Source: Saprospiraceae bacterium
Lineage (GTDB): Bacteria > Bacteroidota > Bacteroidia > Chitinophagales > Saprospiraceae
Assembly (NCBI GenBank): GCA_041752395.1
Contig: JBGSWN010000121.1
Location: 912-64,911, forward strand
DNA: 64,000 nt
Direction: 5' to 3'
Shown here: positions 61,156-64,000 of the stretch, piece after piece
How the letters are laid out: every line of letters begins with the position of its first letter
Position numbering within the stretch: the first letter of the stretch is position 1
Made by a program: the position numbers and the translations under genes
Notes under the pieces: model-generated
The model's input: only the letters and a program-made list of their open reading frames with translations
What the model was told of the DNA's origin: nothing
Databases searched by the model: none

Positions 61156-62469
61156 CTAGGCTTGCTTTTCAGCGAGGAAGTTCTTCACCCAATCCAGGGT
61201 GACGGACTTTGGCCTTTCGAGTGGCATACCGAGCGCACGGGACCAACAAGTGGCCGCCAAAACGCCCATCGCACGGGATACCCCGAAGAGCACGGTGTAG
61301 AAACTGTATTGGTCCAACCCGTAATGAACGAGGATGGCGCCGGAGTGTGCGTCCACGTTCGGCCAAGGGTTTTTTATCTTTCCCATACCCTGTAAAATGG
61401 GCGGTACGACTTCATAAATCTTCCAAATAACGTTAACGATTTCATCATCGGGGCAGTACTCTTTTGCGAAGCGCATCTGCTCGATGAAGCGTGGGTCTGG
61501 TTTGCGAAGCACGGCATGACCGTAGCCCGGCACCACCTTGCCGCCGGCAAGTGTGGCTTCCACATAGCTTGCGATTTGCTCCTTTGTGGGGTTGCGGGTC
61601 TCCAATTTGTTGAGCATTTGGAAAACCCAGTGAATCACTTCTTGGTTGGCGAGGCCATGCAGCGGGCCAGCCAAGGCATTCATTGTGCCAGCAAAAGCTA
61701 GGTATGGGTCACTGAGCGTTGAGCCAATCAGGTTCATCGTGTGCGCCGAGGCATTGCCTCCTTCGTGGTCGGCATGGATAGTCATGTAGAGGCGCATGAA
61801 GTTCTTGAAATCATCGCTCTTCGAAACGCCGAGCATGTGGGCGAGGTTGGCCGCCCAGTCCAAGCTCCTGTCGGCTTTGATGTGGTCACCCCCGTGGTAT
61901 GCCTTGCGGTAGATGTAAGCTGCCAGGACCGGAAGCCTAGCGATGAGGTCCATCGTATCTTCGTAAACCGCATCCCAGTAGTCATTCTTGCTCATGCCCT
62001 CGCTGTACCGACGGGCGAAGTGCGACTCGGTCTGCATGGCATTGATGCCGATGGCAAACTGGGTCATCGGGTGGGTTTGGATAGGCAATGTTTCCAAGAC
62101 CTTGAGTACGTGGGCTGGCACCTTGCTGCGGCGTTCCCATTCATCACTCAGCCATGCTACCTCGGCCTCTGTGGGTATCTCATCCACGAGCATCAACCAG
62201 AAAAGCCCTTCTGGCAGCGGCTCTTTGCCCTTGCCTTTTGGGAGTTTTTCACCGAGCTCGGGCAGGGAGTAGCCACGGAAGCGAATACCTTCTTGGGCAT
62301 CGAGCAGGGAGGGTTCCCAGAGCATGGTGATGATGTCACGGGAACCACCGAAGACTTGGCTGAGGGTAACTTCGTCAACGACCGTGTTGCCGTTCGCTGC
62401 CAACAACTCTTTTATTTCCTGTTTTACAGCGGAGGATTTTTGGAAAAATTTCTGTTTTAAAGCATCCAT
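61156..62469 (-). CDS. gltA: Citrate synthase (eukaryote-like type I)
   Basis: 437 aa. WEPSLLDAQEGIRFRGYSLPEL, MTIHADHEGGNASAHT and GPLHGLANQEV are citrate synthase signatures. Confidence 0.92.
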   Translation of the reverse strand: MDALKQKFFQKSSAVKQEIKELLAANGNTVVDEVTLSQVFGGSRDIITMLWEPSLLDAQEGIRFRGYSLPELGEKLPKGKGKEPLPEGLFWLMLVDEIPTEAEVAWLSDEWERRSKVPAHVLKVLETLPIQTHPMTQFAIGINAMQTESHFARRYSEGMSKNDYWDAVYEDTMDLIARLPVLAAYIYRKAYHGGDHIKADRSLDWAANLAHMLGVSKSDDFKNFMRLYMTIHADHEGGNASAHTMNLIGSTLSDPYLAFAGTMNALAGPLHGLANQEVIHWVFQMLNKLETRNPTKEQIASYVEATLAGGKVVPGYGHAVLRKPDPRFIEQMRFAKEYCPDDEIVNVIWKIYEVVPPILQGMGKIKNPWPNVDAHSGAILVHYGLDQYSFYTVLFGVSRAMGVLAATCWSRALGMPLERPKSVTLDWVKNFLAEKQA

Positions 62470-62599
62470 TTATTATGCTGGATTTTATCTGGTTGTTAAA
62501 AAATGCGCTCGTTTTGAACGAACGGCATTAAATTAATTAGGTTTAGAAATCGGAACGCAAAAGTAGGAATTTTGGCACCCCCAGCCCAATTCGGGCATC

Positions 62600-62636
62600 A
62601 AAAAAAGCGGTGAGAAACATCCGCACCGCTTTTTTG
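62600..62636 (-). terminator. Bidirectional terminator 3' of gene 62669..63100
   Basis: AAAAAAGCGGTG-agaaacatccg-CACCGCTTTTTT. Confidence 0.75.
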
Positions 62637-62668
62637 AAAAACAATTTTGTCGGCTACGCCAACTTGCT

Positions 62669-63100
62669 TTACAGTGCTTCGAGGTTGAGTTCCATCATTT
62701 TTTTGTCAATCTCCTGTTGCGAAGCGCCCGAAGATTTCATTTCCTTGTTTGCCACGGCTTTTTTCTCCCGAAGTTGGAGCTGTTGCTGGCGCAAAGTCTT
62801 TTGCTGCTCGGCGGTCAAAATCCGCTCGAAGGAAGCATTGTTGCCTGTTTGAATGGACTGAATCTTTCGCTGGTAGAGCGGCGCATTGCTCATTTTGATG
62901 GGTTCAATCTCGGCCAGGTTGCGGTATTTCCGCTCCTGAATCTTCAACATTTCACCCTGTTGCTTTTGGTTGAGGTTGTAGAGTTGCGTCATTTTTTCCG
63001 TTGCCGATTGGGCAGGGGTTTTATCAGTGGCGTTTTGAGCCGTTGCGCCGAGGGCGCAAAACAAAAACACCAAGCAAAAAATCGCATTTTTCATCATCAT
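62669..63100 (-). CDS. Secreted helical protein with LTxxQ motif (Spy/CpxP-like, hypothetical)
   Basis: Trimmed from track ORF 62669..63586 to MMMKNAIFCLVFLFCALGATAQ (signal peptide). It contains ILTAEQQKTLRQQQ. The long N-terminal extension would run antisense through the DUF3109 gene. Confidence 0.65.
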   Translation of the reverse strand: MMMKNAIFCLVFLFCALGATAQNATDKTPAQSATEKMTQLYNLNQKQQGEMLKIQERKYRNLAEIEPIKMSNAPLYQRKIQSIQTGNNASFERILTAEQQKTLRQQQLQLREKKAVANKEMKSSGASQQEIDKKMMELNLEAL

Positions 63101-63214
63101 CGTTTTTAAATGAAATACTTTCGCCGCTAAGTTACAACTTGTGCAACAACACCAGTTCGTTCCACCTTGTTTTTTGGTAAAAAGTAAGGCGGCTGGCAAA
63201 AAAACAATTTCAAT

Positions 63215-63793
63215 TTGGTCATCGTACAGGACATACTCGTCAGTGAAGATGTGCTCACCGAGCGTTTTCTCTGCAACCTCGACGCTTGCAAAGGTGCCTG
63301 CTGCTGGGAGGGCGATTTCGGCGCACCGCTGGAAGCCGCCGAGCTGGAAACCCTCGTAAATATTTACGAAGACATCAAGCCGTTCCTTTTGCCGGAGGGC
63401 ATTGCGGTCATTGAAGCACAGGGCGTTTACGTCAATTACCCCGGCCTGGACGGCCCAGGTACGCCCCTCCTCGAGAACGGGGCCTGTGCCTACCTCACTT
63501 TTGAGGCCAACGGCATTGCCAAATGCGGCATCGAAAAGGCTGCCGAAGCGGGCGTGACCGATTTCAAAAAACCCATCTCCTGCCACCTCTACCCGGTGCG
63601 GGTAGCCACCAATCCTGATATTGGTTTCGAGGCGCTGAACTACGATGTCTGGGACATCTGCTCCGCCGCCTGCACAGCGGGGAAGAAGGCGAAACTACCC
63701 GTTTATAAATTTGTGAAGGATGCCATCGTCCGAAAATACGGGGAAGATTTTTACGAAGAACTGGATGCGGCGGCGGGGTATCTTGCCAAATAG
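63215..63793 (+). CDS. DUF3109-family Cys-rich protein
   Basis: ERFLCNLDACKGACCWEGDFGAPLE...ACAYL...KCGIEKA...ISCHLYPVR. The family assignment is from memory, and the start is TTG at 63215. Confidence 0.6.
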   Translation: MVIVQDILVSEDVLTERFLCNLDACKGACCWEGDFGAPLEAAELETLVNIYEDIKPFLLPEGIAVIEAQGVYVNYPGLDGPGTPLLENGACAYLTFEANGIAKCGIEKAAEAGVTDFKKPISCHLYPVRVATNPDIGFEALNYDVWDICSAACTAGKKAKLPVYKFVKDAIVRKYGEDFYEELDAAAGYLAK

Positions 63794-64000
63794 TCAATGG
63801 AGGTCGTTAGCCATTCGTTTGAAGCTGTACCCCAATGGCCAATGACTATAATGACTTTCCTAATTCGGCGAAAGGTTGAAGTCAGGCTGGTTGTCACCAA
63901 AAAAGGGCGGTGTATCAGATGTAATGCTGTGACAAAAAAAGAGACAACCGAGGCAAAGACATAACTTTGGAGTGACAAAACTCAAGAATTATGTACCTAT

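Noticed and set aside
61741-62460. 239-aa plus-strand ORF
   Set aside because: It lies antisense to citrate synthase.
63101-63586. N-terminal 162 codons of track ORF 62669..63586
   Set aside because: This part runs antisense through the Cys-rich DUF3109-like gene (63215..63793). A clean signal peptide (MMMKNAIFCLVFLFCALGATAQ) starts at 63100, so the CDS was trimmed to 62669..63100.

Overview
The window looks like a chromosomal segment of a Bacteroidota bacterium, probably a gliding Saprospiria- or Cytophagia-like organism. That taxon call is inferred from gene content, not from any search. The supporting evidence is seven proteins with type IX secretion (T9SS) C-terminal sorting domains, SprB, PKD and HYR repeat adhesins, a long-form NagB, and no obvious Shine-Dalgarno sequences.

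About 50 genes are tightly packed. Housekeeping genes include rsmI, purS, pssA, trpS, ridA, yceD-rpmF, murA, nagB, a ROK kinase, gltA, an acyl-CoA dehydrogenase, an iorAB-like molybdoenzyme, hsp20, phoD and a PpiD-like chaperone. There is one tRNA-Cys(GCA), a FIST sensor plus histidine kinase pair, and two giant secreted proteins of 1929 and 2213 aa. I found no rRNA, CRISPR array, transposase, integrase or phage genes.

The main observations are:
- **Heptad arrays.** A recurrent family of ~35-nt arrays, each built from five 7-nt units, fills short spacers right against start or stop codons. They often occur as inverted pairs, and one set is embedded in frame inside the UvrD-like helicase gene.
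- **FIST sensor gene.** It carries an in-frame TGA followed by 80 more clearly homologous codons.
- **MITE-like element.** A 160-bp element with perfect terminal inverted repeats sits between convergent genes.
- **Nested palindrome.** One fills the trpS-FAH spacer.
- **AT-rich islets.** Two flank nagB and encode small lipoproteins or unknown proteins.
- **PKD array.** An 18-domain array alternates two PKD subtypes behind a reprolysin-like protease.

All calls rest on reading translations and motifs by eye. No database search or computation was run.
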